From the human T2T-CHM13v2.0 reference genome, Homo sapiens: DNA of 64,000 nt. The notes beneath the pieces are model-generated. The model had not been told where the DNA came from. It saw only the letters and a program-made list of their open reading frames with translations, and did not search any database. The number at the start of each line of letters is the position of its first letter. Position 1 is the stretch's first letter. This document shows positions 1 to 19,536 of the stretch, piece by piece. The stretch is from NCBI RefSeq assembly GCF_009914755.1, contig NC_060926.1; one strand, 5' to 3'. Position numbers and translations under genes: made by a program.

Positions 1-254
1 AAGTTCCAACCAGCTATCAATCACTTGGTCTTTGTAGTGAGCAGCCCCATCCTGAGGCTATCTAGGGGCTCCACCTCAGTAACCTCATTAGCATAAACTC
101 TATCCAGCATAAATTATATGCAGATAGAGATAGGGTGATCAAAAAGGGCTCCTTAAAAGTAACAAGACACTCCCATTACCTGGGAAGTTCCTAAGGTTTT
201 AGGAACCCTGTGTCAAGAACCTGAGACAAACACGAAATTTCTTACTATACCGCA
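1..254. mobile_element. ERV LTR fragment, MER21-like
   Basis: cctcattagcataaactc...aagacactcccattacctgggaagttcctaaggttttaggaaccctgtgtcaagaacc resembles MER21 LTRs. Confidence 0.6.
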
Positions 255-1034
255 TACTAGCTGTGTGATCCTAGACATGTCAGCGAACGTCTTTGAGCCT
301 CTCTTCCTCTTTTGTGGAGAGAATACTTACTTCATAAAATGGTTGTATCAGTGAATGAATTTTACTGTGTGTAAAAAGTCTTGTCCAATACTTGATACCA
401 GTATGTTAACTTCCTTTTATTGCGTCTGTCTCCTGTTAAGAAGATCAAAGATCAAAGCCATTAAAATACTTTTTTTTTTGAGATGGAGTCTCGCTCTGAC
501 AACCAGGCTGGGGTGCAGTGGTGCAATCTCAGCTCACCACAACCTCTGCCTCCTGGGTTCAAGCGATTCTCTTGTCTCGGCCTCCTGAGTAGCTGGGATT
601 ACAGGCGTATGCCACCATGCCCGGCTAGTTTTTGTATTTTTGTATAGATGGAGTTTCGCCATGTTGGCCAGGCTGGTCTCAAACCCCTGACCTCAAGTAA
701 TCTGCTTTCCTTGGCCTCCCATAAGTGCTGGGATTACAGGCATAAGCCATCACACCAGGCCAAAATTCATTTCTTTAATGAATTAAAGAATCATATTTAT
801 TATATCAATGAGTTAAAATAACATAATTACCCTCATATTTAGTATAGGTGATAGGGGAGGGAGTTAAAAATTAGGTCAGTGCCAGAAGATACGTTGATAA
901 TATTTAGAACAAACTCTCTCTTAGAAGAGGGGGAAAAATGATCTTTTAAAAACTGTACTAGAATAGTCTACTAGGGAAGATTGTTAAAAACAGAATTCAT
1001 TATTTCAAAATAAAAAAGATTTTATAAGAACGAG

Positions 1035-1189
1035 TCAGCCTTCTAGTTGAGTACACACCTAGCTACTCAGGCTGACGCTGGAAGATGGCTTGAGCCCAGG
1101 AGTTTGAGGCTGTAGTGCACTATGTCACCTGTGAATAGCCACTGCATTCCAGACTGGGCGACATGGCGAGACCCAGTCTCAACAAAAAA
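1035..1189 (+). mobile_element. FAM (fossil Alu monomer)
   Basis: Monomer containing gtgaatagccactgcattccagactgggcgacatggcgagaccc, the 7SL-type 3' segment typical of FAM. Confidence 0.7.
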
Positions 1190-1466
1190 ATAGTTCTCTG
1201 TCTTGACTAACATAGATCAAACTTCTTTGAGGGTAGGGGCTAGTCCAGGTATCTCCATATCTGTTTTAAATCTTGAGTCCCCTATCAGTAGTCTGTGAAG
1301 TCTCATTTGCTCTCCAGCTTACTTGCTGCTAACTCTGTGATACAATCATTCTGTATAAGCAGGCTGAATTGCTAACAGGGAAGGGAAATGGCTCAGCTAT
1401 AATATGGCAATGCATTTTGAGAAGTCTATCTCGTGTCTATTGAAGCCGGTGCTATCCCATACCTAA

Positions 1467-1607
<141 letters not shown>

Positions 1608-2062
1608 TAAGGCATGTGCCGCCACGTCCAGCTAATTTTTGTATTTTTAGTAGAGACAGGGTTTCACCATGTTGGTCAGGCTGGTCTCGAACTCCTGACC
1701 TTGTGATCCGCCCACCTCGGCCTCCCAAAGTGCTGGGATTACAGGCATGAGCCACTGCTCCCGGCCAACCAGGTTCTTAAGACAGGGCCTAAGAATCTGT
1801 ATTTTAAATAAACATAGCAAGTGATTCTCTTTGTTAAATAAATTCTCCAGTGATTGAGAATTGCTGATGGGGACTTCACTAACTACTAGCCCTCCTGTCT
1901 CCAGGTGAGGGTTTCAGGGAAATAATTAGTAGTTCATCTTTACAAGAAGGTTGTGACATGGAAACTTTTGTTGGGGTTTTGTTTTTGTTTCTTTTCTGCT
2001 TTTTAAAATTTTACCTCTTTTCTTTGAGAGGCTACTAGGTGGGGCTTGTAGCCCAGCCCTAG

Positions 2063-2242
<180 letters not shown>

Positions 2243-2942
2243 TAAATTTTTGTAGAGACAAGGTCTCCCTACGTTGCCCAGGCTGGTCTTGAACTTTTGA
2301 GCTTAAGCGATCCTCCTGCCTTTGCCTCCCAAAGTGCTGGGATTACAGGGGCGAGCCACTGCACTGGCCCCTAGTTTATAATCCTTGATTAAAGGGACAC
2401 TGGCAACAAACTTTCTCAAAATTGAATAGTTATGTTTTGTGTACTATCCCCTATGAACTATCCTTTTCAATCAGTCTGCTACCCAAAGACCTAACCTGGT
2501 TTCTGACAATACTTAAGTACATAAGGTTTATGTACCTAAACCTAGTACATAATCAGACCAAATTATTGACCCAGCAGCACCAAAGATCTAGCATTAAAGG
2601 ACTTAAGCTAAACAAGAAAATAAAGTTAAGACTAAATTTTGAATAATTAGGTTTTGGAATCAGAGCTTCAAATGAAAATACATATCAGCTACCCTAGAAT
2701 GATTTTTTTAGAGGCAGTGTCTCACTCTTTTGCACACGCTGGAGTGCAGTGGTGCAATCCCAACTCACTGCAGCCTCAAACTCCTGTGCTCAAGCAATCT
2801 TCCACCCTCAGCTTCCCAAGTAGTTGGGACTGCAGGCATGCACCACCACGCTGGCCTCCTAGAATGATTTCAAACTCTTCCTAGTGTTGGGCGATTTTAT
2901 TACCAGTGCTTGCCATGGTGGCATGGCTTAGAAGAAAATCCA

Positions 2943-3144
2943 TTTCTTTTTCTTTTTTTCTTTTGTTGTTGTTGTTTTTGTTGACCTGCTTCCTTTCTGA
3001 CCTGGGCTGATTCACCCTTCTTGAGCAATCTGGTGGTCCCTGGCTCCCCATTGCCATAGCACACTAAGGCCCAGAACTTGTGGGCTCAAGCCATCCTCCA
3101 GCTGCAGCCTCTTGGGAACTCAAGATGGGCATCACCATGCTGGC
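2943..3144 (-). pseudogene. 7SL (SRP) RNA retropseudogene, internally deleted, 3'-truncated, A-rich tail
   Basis: Minus strand ...ctggaggatggcttgagcccacaagttctgggccttagtgtgctatg...gggaccaccagattgctcaagaagggtgaatcagcccaggtcagaaaggaagcaggtcaa matches 7SL including S-domain sequence absent from Alu; tail at 2943-2980. Confidence 0.85.
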
Positions 3145-3517
3145 TCTCTTTTTCTCACTTGTTTAGCAGGGGAGGTAAGGAACCCACTGCACACTCAAGA
3201 GCATGTTTTATCTCATATGCTGATAGTCTCAAACGTGGTTTCAGCAAGCAGGCAAGATGATGTATTGGGTTGTAGGAAGAACATATTAGAAATTCTATTT
3301 TTCATCTGTGAAAGATGTTAAGCCTCACTAATATATAATATGTGGTACACACAATAATTCATAAATGAGAAAGTCTTATGTCATAAAGCATCCTAAGAGT
3401 CGGTGATACACATTTGGAGGAGATGATGGGGATACCCTTCTTTATTTTTCACTTTTATCCTGTTACAGGATCATAGACTAAATTAATTACCTTTCAGAAA
3501 ATGGAATTGTTAATCTA

Positions 3518-3907
<390 letters not shown>

Positions 3908-4162
3908 TCACCAGCCATGGTTCTAATCACTGAGGTTCTTAGATCGTGCAAGACTTCTTTTTTAGAAATAATACAGTAATGCCCTCTGCTGGGCACAGTG
4001 GCTCACACCACTTTGGGAGCCGAGGCACTTTGGGAGGCCGAGGCAGGCAGATCACCTGAGGTCGGGAGTTCGAGACCGGCCTGACCAACATGGTGAAACT
4101 CCATCTCTACTAAAAATAAAAAATTAGCCAGGCATGGTGGTGCATGCCTATAATCCCAGCTA

Positions 4163-4354
<192 letters not shown>

Positions 4355-4563
4355 TTAGCAGCCATTAGAGCCTACAGTTTGAAGACTACTAGAATTCCAC
4401 TTTTTAATACGTGGAGAAAATAAAGGCAAGCCTGACAGTCTCAAAATTAAAGTGGAAAGAAAAGCAAAATTATTAACAAATAAAATACAGAGCTTGAAGT
4501 ATCTTGCATCCACAACTATTTGTAATTTTGGGGTTTTTGTTTGTTTGTTTGTTTGTTTTTTGA

Positions 4564-4722
<159 letters not shown>

Positions 4723-5733
4723 TAGTAGAGACGGGTTTTGTCATGTTAGTCAGGCTGGTCTCAAACTCCTGACCTCACGTGATCTGCCTACCCCTGACTC
4801 CCAAAGTGCTAGGATTACAGGCGTGAGCCACCGCGTCCGGCCGCTATTTGTAAATTTTTAAGCATTTTAGTATTTTTTACACTTGAAACAAAAAATGTTC
4901 ACCAAAAGCAAGTAAATCAAGCAGGACTTTTGGAAACAGCAACCAACTCAATTACCAAAGATGTTTGTAAAACTAAAATAGTGCTAAAGAGCTCACATCT
5001 AATCACATACTACATTATGTGTTTCAAATCTATTTTAATTTTTTTTCAATCCTTTGCCACTACAGACAATGCCACACTAAATAATAATCTTTGCATGTCG
5101 TTTAACCTTTTTGCTAGTATCCTTGAAATAGATACTTTTTAAATGTTTTTTATAGAGAGGGAGTCTTGCTATGTTGGTCAGGTTAGTTTTGAACTCCTGG
5201 CCTCAAGCAATCCTCCTGCCTCAGCCTCCCAAAGTGGTAGGATTGCAGGTGCCCAGCCTTCTAGGACCTTTTGATAGAAAGAATTGTGCTTTGTCTTGAA
5301 TTTAAGAAAAAATACAACATAGCTTCCTATATATTTTCCTCAAGTACAAACATAACTTTTATTTTATAAATATATATTAAAAAATAAATTTACTTAAAAG
5401 TCCAGCAGTGTGGCCGGCTGTGGTGGCTCACGCCTGTAATCCTAGCATTTTAGGAGGCCCATGCAGGAGGATTGCTTGAGCCCAGGAGTTCAAAAACAGC
5501 CTGGCCAACATAGCAAGACCCCATCGCTACAAAGATTACAAAATTAGCTGCGTGTGGTGGTGTGCACCTGTGGTGGCAGTTCCTCTGGAGCCTGAGGCTA
5601 CAGGATTGCTTAAACCCAGGAGTTAGAGGCTGCAGTGAGCCAGGATTGTGCCACTGCACTCCAGCCTAGGTGACAGAGTAAGAACCTGTCTCTAAAAAAA
5701 AAAAAAAAAGTTGAGGCCGGGCGCATTGGCTCA

Positions 5734-6115
<382 letters not shown>

Positions 6116-7721
6116 AATGAGTGCCATACTGCTTTTGCTTCACAGAAATGTCTTCTGCCTCATGCACCATTCTCTACTGTCATCTCCCACCTGAGAGAAC
6201 ACATAGAAGGGCTCAGCAAAATTCTCTGTAAAATGAGTACAGCAATTAATTTTTTCCTGGCAACATATGACACTCATTTTTCCCATATGTTATTTTTATT
6301 ATGCTAATGCAATTCAAAAATCTGGCGAATATTTCATTAGTAAGATTAAAATGTCACCTTGGGAATTCTGGCTAGGTTACATGCCAAACCCTCTCTTCTT
6401 TGATAATCTTTTGGTGTTGGTAAACAATGCAAGCACAATGCCAATTATCTAGATCCAGATCATGTTTATCATTTAAGTGACAGAATGAGAATTCCTTCAT
6501 CTTTTATGTATGGCTTTCTGTTTTGGAGTAAAGAATGCATTTTATTTTTGTTTCTCCTCAGACTATGAATAAAAGGGACTCTCAACAAACATTTGCTGAA
6601 TAAATGAATGAACCCTCATCTTCTCTTAACCCACACCTTATAAAATCTTTCTCAACTACTCCAATTTTCCCTATTACTTTTTTTTTTAAACTAATCCCTC
6701 TGTTCACTCTCAACACTCCTTATTTTTCAGTGTTTGGTGCTTTGAGGGGAAAACAAAATATGTTCTTCAGTTTTACAATAGTTGGGAAAGAAAAAGGAGC
6801 ATTTTTATTGTTTTGTTTCATCTGTGTTCCTTTTCTCTTGGATTCCACATGGCATCATGTAATCAATTTTTTGCTGCCTTGCACTGATTGCTCACAGTCT
6901 CATATGTTGCTTCTCCAAACTAACGATGTGAGTACAGTGTCTGTGTCTCCCTCCTCTGTGGCATATCCACCCCCCTCCATGAACTGAAAGCATTCCAATT
7001 CTGAGGCACTCTGAACTCTTCCATAAAAAGTGGCTATTTTCATGGCCTCTTCGCAAAGTGTAATTCTGTCTTCTCTTTCAAGTAATATTAATAAAACTAG
7101 TTTTTAAAATTTCTTTGACAAACATTGTTGCTAAAGCCAAACAAATGATCAACAAGCTTTCACAAGCCCTTGCTAATGTGACATAACTCTGAGGCATTTA
7201 CACAGGTTATGAAACTTGTCCTAGTACATTGGCCTCAGAAGACAGGCATAAAGCACTCTTTGTGAACTGCTTAGCTTTGTAAGGTCTATCTGGCACCTGA
7301 ACAAGCAACATTTTGCAAAACATCAGGCTCTGCATGAAAATTCAGATTCCCACACTGAGAGTCCATTGAGAGATCTCCCACTCATTAGCATGCTACAAGG
7401 CCGCTGAAAGATCAGGAAGATGTCAAAAGGGCAAACCTTCACATAAACAGAACTCAGAGAAACAAACTGAACTTAACTTGGCATCAGCCAACTGTAAGTA
7501 TGAAAAAAAAATGTGTTTATTGGGATGAGAAGAAGGAAAATTCACTAATTTGTCTACATGCAACTAAGTGATATTTTTCCTTGGTAAAATTAATTGCAAA
7601 GGCAGCCAGATGCAGTGGCTCCTGCCTGCAATCCCAGCACTTTGGGAGGCCAAGGTGGACAGATGACTTGAGCTCAGGAGTTCGAGACCAGTCTGAGCAA
7701 CATGGCAGAACTCCATCTCTA

Positions 7722-7859
<138 letters not shown>

Positions 7860-8419
7860 CTAGGCAACAGACTGAGATTCTGTCTCAAAAAATAAAAATA
7901 AAAATAATCTCAAAGGCATTAGACCTAAAGCGATTGTCTATTAAATTATCTCTTGTGGAAAGTAACATTTCCCTCAATATCCACCTTTATTCAAATTGTC
8001 CTATGCCTTAAAATAATTGGTACCCCCTCTTCTCTCTTTGCAAGAACTAGTTGTCCCTTTTTTCCCTTAATTCTTTTGTGGTTGCTGAAGAGTTTTATTT
8101 AGCCTTCAATGACTTCAGGCAGTATAATGAGCCAAGGAATTCCAATGATAATGAATGCAGGTTGTCTGGCAGCTCCTGGGCAGCCAGGGTTGTCCCTGGG
8201 AAAAGATGCCTTCTGAGCTGGATGATGGTTCCCTTAACTGAGTAAACAGTCAGGAAGAGGGCCTTGCAGTCCTAAGTCAGGACCCAGATCCCCTTTCATT
8301 AAAGTCCTGCTAAAAATCATCCTGGGAAAATAGAGAGTCATACAAAAAATAAACATGAGGAAATTATAAGCCAGCCAGATACTGATTTCGGTTGACATCA
8401 CTTCCATGGATCACTTCAT

Positions 8420-9830
8420 CCATCCATTCATTTATTGATCCATTTATTCAACAACTATTCACAGAAAGCCAACAAGGGACGAGGACTGGTAGGTACTGGG
8501 GTATGGTGCTAAACAAAACAGTCTTTGCTCCATTCGAGCTGTATTCTAGTGGGGAGACAGCCAGTAAACAGTAAAATGTAACTTGTAGACTGAACTGTGT
8601 CCCCCTCCAAATTCATACAGCGAAGCCCTAAATGCAACCGTGACTATATTTGAAGATAGAGTCCTTCCAGGAAGTAATCAAGGTTAAATGAGGTCATAAG
8701 AGTGAGGCCCTTATGATGGGATTTGTGCCCTTTATAAGAAAAGACACCAAAGAGCTGGCTTCCTCTCTTCCTCTCTGCCATGTAAGGACACAGAAAGAAG
8801 GTGGCCATCTAAAAGCCAGAGAGTCCCTCACCAGAAACCAAACCTGACAGCACCTTGGAATTCCAACTTACAGAACCATGAGAAAATTGATTTCCGTTGT
8901 TTAAGCCATACAGTGTGTGGTATTACTGTGTTACGCCCACCTGAGCAGACTAATCAATAACATAATATTAGGAAGTGATCAGAACTATGAAGGAAATCAT
9001 GTAAGGTAGAGGGATAGATAGATAGGCAGTGGCGGAATGGAAAGTGGCACTGAGTATGGGGACCAGGAAAGGCCACCGGGGAAGACCATTCCAGATGGAA
9101 ATATTTCTGGGGGAATTCTCTGACATGGGGACAAAAATGGGGCATGTGAGAAACAGCCAGGAAGTCTCTGCAGCCTGGGCACATTGGGCAGGGTATGAAT
9201 GAAAGTAAACAGAGACAGAGAAGAAACCAGGGACCAGTTCATTCCGGCTACACAGGCCATGGCAAGGACTTCAGATTTTGTTCTAAGTGGGATAGAAAGC
9301 TACTGGAAGTCTATAAGCAGGACAGTGACATATAGGATTTACCTTAAAAGGATCACTATTACAGGGGAAAGAGACTGTAGGAGAGGACTGGAAGTGGGAA
9401 AACGATGAGGTTGGTTTAATTTTCCAGGTAAAAGATGATGGGGACATGGGCTAGTGGGGTGGGGACGGAAGAGGTGAGAAATCGTTGGATTTAGAGTCTA
9501 TTTTTAAAATAATTCAGGATTTGTCAATAGGTTGGATATGGTGTGCAAGAGAAAGAAAAGAGTCAAGGACGCCAAATTGAGCTGTGCAGCTGGGTTACTG
9601 CAGTGCTGTTTACTGAGATGATAAAATGGTAGGAGGAGTTCGTGTGGTAGAGAACAGAGTTGAGTCAAGGGTTGTTTTGCACATGTTACATTTCGGGATG
9701 CCTATTAGACACACAAGTGGAAATGTTAAATAGGGAACTTGATAGACCAGCATGGAGTGAAGGGAAAGATCAGGACTGGAAATAGAAAAGTGAGTGTCAT
9801 TAGCATTTAAACAAAGTTGAAAGCAGAAGG
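8420..9830 (-). mobile_element. L2 LINE 3' fragment (interrupted by MLT1A)
   Basis: cattcatttatt...caacaacta 3'-end signature in reverse, followed by typical L2 purine-rich sequence (gatgcctattagacac...gatcaggactggaaataga). Confidence 0.7.
8584..8956 (+). mobile_element. MaLR solo LTR, MLT1A-like, inserted in L2
   Basis: tgtagactgaactgtgtccccctccaaattcata...aaggttaaatgaggtcataag...tgtttaagcca...gactaatca. Confidence 0.8.
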
Positions 9831-11294
9831 CTGAATATTATCGTAATTACTGCCAGCACCTGCTTCTCAATTTACAGCTCTTTCTCTAGGGATGCAGGAG
9901 TGAATGAAAAGCTATTTTTCAATCTTTCTGTTCCACCTTTCCCTTCTCTACCCCCTCGAGATTACCCCATCCAGCTTCAAGTGGTCACTGTCTGCTATTC
10001 CTGGAAGTGACTTTGCCTCTCCTGCCCTTCACCGCATTTGGGCCGGTGCAGCTGGACTGGTGCACGTGGGAGCACATGCTCTGGTCATCTGCTAAGGCAG
10101 AGTCTTCCCAGTGCTGGAGCTTGGCTGCTTTGCCCATGGTTCCAAACTAAGTCTAGGCCTGACCTCTCTAAAGCCTGGACCCCTGACAAAGGCAAGTCTT
10201 TTCCCAGGAGCTTGCCTGCCACTCCTCTCACCATTCCACAGGGCCTTAATGTCTTTTTTGTTTGTTTTTTGTTGTTGTTTTCGAGACAGAGTCTTGCCCT
10301 GTTGCCCAGGCTGGAGGGCAGTGGTGCGATCTTGGCTCACTGCAACCCGCACCTCCCAGGTTCAAGTGATTCTCCTGCCTCAGCCTCCTGAGTAGCTGGG
10401 ATTACAGGCACACCACCACACCGGCTGATTTTTGTATTTTTAGTACAGATGGGGTTTCACCATGTTGGCCAGGCTGGTCTCTTAACTCCTGACCTCAGGT
10501 GATCCACCTGCCTGGGCCTCCCAAAGTGCTGGGATTACAGGTGTGAGCCACCGCACCCGGCCAAGGCCTTAATGTCTTCATTGACTTGGATTTTGTCCTC
10601 AACTGTGGTAGGAGAACAATGAGACAAGTCTCTTTTAAGAGAACCATGGTCATCTTGCATTAATGGAAAAAAAAAACTGCTTTTAGTGAATATAGGAGAA
10701 AAAGTGTGTGTCTGTCTGAGAGCTTGAAAGATCCTATTACAGCTTTCATCCATATTACTTTCTATGTTGCCACTGATCTGTGAATGACAATGGTGGCCTT
10801 GAAAGCAGGGGCTTTTAGTAGAGACGGGGTTTTGCCATGTTGACCAGGCTGGTCTCCAACTCCTGACCTCAGGTGATCCGCCCTCCTCAGCCTCCTAAAG
10901 TGCTGGTATTACAGGTGTGAGCCATGGCACCTGGCCCTGTTTCTTTTTATTTTATAATTTTTTTTTTTTTAGAGATGGGGTCTCACTATGTTGCCCAGGC
11001 TCAAGTGATTCTCCAGCCTTGGCCTGTCAAAGAGCTGGAATTATAAGTGTGAGCCACTGCGCTCAGCCGCAGCTCCGTTTCTAATTTGCTAGGTTGCCTT
11101 GATGGAGTCTCCAACCACATTACTTTCCTTGAACAGACAGAGGTTGGGGAGTAATTAGAATTGTATTCATAAAAGGAATCTGCTCTTCAAAAGTTAGATG
11201 ATGTGATTTCAACAGAAGAGACAGTAATATATGTACGTTCTGATTACAACAGTGTACACATGCACGTTTATACGGTAATAAAGTTCAGGAATAA

Positions 11295-11600
<306 letters not shown>

Positions 11601-11819
11601 TGAGTAACTGCGTCTGACCAACAATCTTCCTTGTTTAAAAATTTTAAACAATGCTGCCTTAGATACTCCCTAACAGATCTCTGCTTTAACAATCCAGCAG
11701 TTCACTGAGGTTCTCTCCTCTCTCTGTAGACTCTTCTACATAAGGCTTTGCACACTGCATGCAAGTAGACTACTTTCTACACATAAGCACTTTTGCTGCT
11801 CTCTCTCTCTCTCTCTCAG

Positions 11820-12270
11820 GAATTGACAGCTTATCAATGAGACAAAAAATATATCAGTAATAATATATATTTGAATTATACAATCAGTGGGTGGGGCACA
11901 AAACCAATAGGTTCTTTGCTACCATCCCTCAACCCTCCAAAAAAGAATTACACAATCAATAGGATTGAACTACATGACATACAGAGAACATTTTAGCCAA
12001 TAATTAGAAAATAGCATGTTTTTCTCAAGCACATTCAGATCACTTGCACAAACTGTCCATATACTGAAGCATAAAGCAAATCTCAAGTAATTTTCAAGGA
12101 TTGGAATCATACAGATCTCACTGTCTGGCCATAATCTCATTACCTTGGAAATCAATAAGTGAAAGATACTCTTTCAGAAATTAAGAGAATCACTTCTAAA
12201 TAATTTATGGATCCAATGGAAAAAAATATGATGCAAATTAGAGAATACTTAGAACTGAATGATGAGATCA
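11820..12270 (+). mobile_element. Ancient L1M ORF2 (endonuclease region) fragment
   Basis: tttttctcaagcacattcag...catatactgaagcataaagcaaatctcaagtaattttcaaggattggaatcatacag resembles L1 EN-coding sequence; no open frame. Confidence 0.65.
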
Positions 12271-12274
12271 TACT

Positions 12275-12992
<718 letters not shown>

Positions 12993-14611
12993 AAATATCT
13001 ATAAAAACGTCTGGTTGCAATAGTACTGAAAGTCCTAGCCAGAGAAATTAGGCAACGGAAAGAAATAAAAGGGATGCAAATAGGAAAATAAGAAGTTAAA
13101 TTGTCTGTTTGCAGACAACATGATCTTATATGGAAAATGCTAAAGACTCCATCAAAAATTTTCAAAACTAATAAATGAATTCAGTAAAGTTATAGGACAC
13201 AAAACCCAACATAGAAAAACCAATGGCATTTCTATACACTAACAAATTATTCCAAAAAGAAATTAAGAAAACAATCTAGGCCAGGAGCAAGGGCTCACGC
13301 CTGTAATCCCAACACTTTGGGAGGCTGAGGTGGGAGAATTACTTGAGCCTGAAAGTTCAAGTCCAGCCTGGGCAACACAGTGAGACTCCATCTCTACAAA
13401 ATAAAAAATAAAAATTAGCTGGGCATGGTGGTGTGTACCTGTAGTCCCAGCCACTTTGGAGGCCGAGGTGGGAAGATTGCTTAAGCCCAGGAGGTCAAGG
13501 CTGCATGACTGTGCCACGGCACTCCAGCCTAAGCAATAGAGCAAGACCCTGTCTCAAAAAAGAAAATAAAAGAAAAAGAAAACAATCCAATTTACAGTAG
13601 CCACAAAAATAATATTTAGGAATAAATTTAACAAAGAAGGTGAAAAATCTATAAACCAAAAACTATAAAGCATTTATAAGAAATTAAAGAAGTCATAAAT
13701 AAAAAGAAAGATATCCTGTCTTCATGGATTGGAAGAATAAGATTGTTAAAATGTCCATACTACCCAAATCAATCTACTACTCAAAGGATTCAATGCAATC
13801 TATTAAAATTCCAATGACCTGTTTCACAAAAATAGGAAACACTATCCTAAAATTCATATGAAACCATAAAAGACCCCCAAATAGCCAAAGTACCCCCAAA
13901 GACCCCCAAATAGCAAAAAGAACAATGCAAGAGGCATCACACTACCTGATATCAAAATCTACTACAAGCCATAATCAAAGCAGCATGCTATTGACATAAA
14001 AACAGATCTGTAGACCAACAAAACAGAATAGAAAGCCCAGAAATAAATCTACATATTTCTGGTCAATTGATTTTCAACAAAGATGCCAATAACACACAAT
14101 GGGGAAGCAACAGTCTCTTCAATACTGTTGATAAACAGTATATCCACATGCAGAAGAATGTCACTGGGCCTTTATCTCACTCCATATAAAACAATCCACT
14201 GAAAATGGAGTAAGATTTAAATGTAAGACCTGAAACTGTGAAACTACTAGAAAAAAACAAAGGGGAAAAGTTCCATGACATTGGTTTGGGCAATAATTGT
14301 TTTGAATATGACCCCAAAAGCATAGGCAACAAAAGCAAAAGTAGATAAATGAGATTACATTAAACTAAAAAGCTTCTGCACAAAAGAGGGAACAATCAAC
14401 AGTGTGAAAAAGACAACCTATGGAATGGAAGAAAATATTTGTAAACTATGTATCTGATAAGGAGTTAATATCCAAAATATATAAGGAATTCACACACCTC
14501 AATAGCAAGAAAAAATTAACCAGATTTTACAATGGGCAAAGGAACTAAATAGACATGTCTCAAAAGAAAACATACAAATGGCCAACAGGTATATAAAAAA
14601 AGGTCAGCATC

Positions 14612-14930
<319 letters not shown>

Positions 14931-16086
14931 TCAGCATCACTAATCATTAGGAAAAGGCAAATTAAAACCACAATGAGATATTACCTTATCCTTGTGAGAA
15001 TGGCTATTACCAAAAAGACCAAAGACAACAAAGTGTTGGCAAGGATGTAGAGAAGAGGGAACCCTGGAACACTGTTGGTGTGAAGGTAAACTAGTACAGC
15101 CATTATGGGGAACAGTATGGAAGTTTCTCAAAAAATTAAAAATAGAACTACTATATAACGCAATGATCCCACTATTGGGTATATATCCAAAGGAAATGAA
15201 ATCAGTATGTTGAAGAGATATCTGCATCCTATGTCTACTGCAGCATTATTCACAATACCCAAGATATGGAATCAACCTAAGTATTCATGAATGGATGAAT
15301 GGATAAAGAAAATGTGTATATACACAATGGAATACTACTCAGCCTTAAAAAAGGAGAAAATCCTATTATTTGCAACACCACAGATGAGCCTGGAGGACAT
15401 TATGTTAAATGAAATAAGCCAGGCACAGAAAGACAAATACCTCCTGATACCACTTACATGTGGAGTCTGAAAAAGATTAACTCATAGAAGCAGACTAGAA
15501 TGGCAGTTACCAGGGTTAATGAGTGGTGTGGCATTGGGGGATGCTGATCAAAGAATACAAAATTTCAGTTAGGAAGAATAAGTTCAAGAGATCCATTGCA
15601 CAACATGGTGATTCTAGTGAATAACAAGGTATTCATACTCAAAAATTGCTAAGAAAGTAGATGTTAAGTTTTCTCACCACAAAAAAATGGTATGTGAGGT
15701 AATGCATATGTTCATTGGCTTGATTTAGCCATTCCATGATGAATACATATATCGAAACATCATGTGGTTGTTTTTTTTTTTTTTGAGACGGTGTCTCACT
15801 CTGTCGCCCAGACTGGAGTGCAGTGGCGCTATCTTGGCTCACTGCAAGCTCTGCCTCCCGGGTTCACGCCATTCTCTTGCCTCAGCCTCCTGAGTAGCTG
15901 GGACTACAGGCACCCACCACCACGCCCGGCTAATTTTTTGTATTTTTAGTAGAGATGGGGTTTCACCGTGTTAGCCAGGATGGTCTCGATCTCCTGACCT
16001 CGTGATCCGCCCACCTTGGCCTCCCAAAGTGCTGGGATTACAGGCGTGAGCCACCACGCCCGGCCTCAAAACATCATGTTGTACAC

Positions 16087-18810
<2,724 letters not shown>

Positions 18811-18929
18811 ATTGGCAGGGCACAGTGGCTCACCTGTAATCCCAGCACTTTGGAAAGCTGAGGTGGGCAGATCACTTGCGGTCAGGTGTTCGAGACCAGC
18901 CTGGCCAACATGGCGAAACCCCGTCCCTA

Positions 18930-19118
<189 letters not shown>

Positions 19119-19536
19119 TTAGTGAGCTCGAGAGAGAAGCATTTCTGTTTAAATTATTTTTGAAGGGCAAATCATAATTGTATACACTTATTGGGTACAG
19201 TGGGATGTTTTGATATACATACAAAATATGGAATGATTAATCAGGCTAATTAATATATCCATCACTTCACTTACTTAGGTTTTGTGGTGAGAAGTATTTC
19301 TTCAGTAAATTGCAAAGAGATTATATAAGATACAATTATTATTTCAATTTTATGTATAAGAATCTGAAACTTATAGCAGTTAAATTTGTCCAGAGTCACC
19401 CAAGCTAACATTCAAACTCCGGAAATGCAGTCTGTGGGCTGTCATTCTTAACCTCAATGCTGTGCAGGCATTTTGTGTGTGTTCCATCCATCAATTCCCT
19501 TTTCCCCCTCTTAATTTTTATTACTTATTTATTCAT

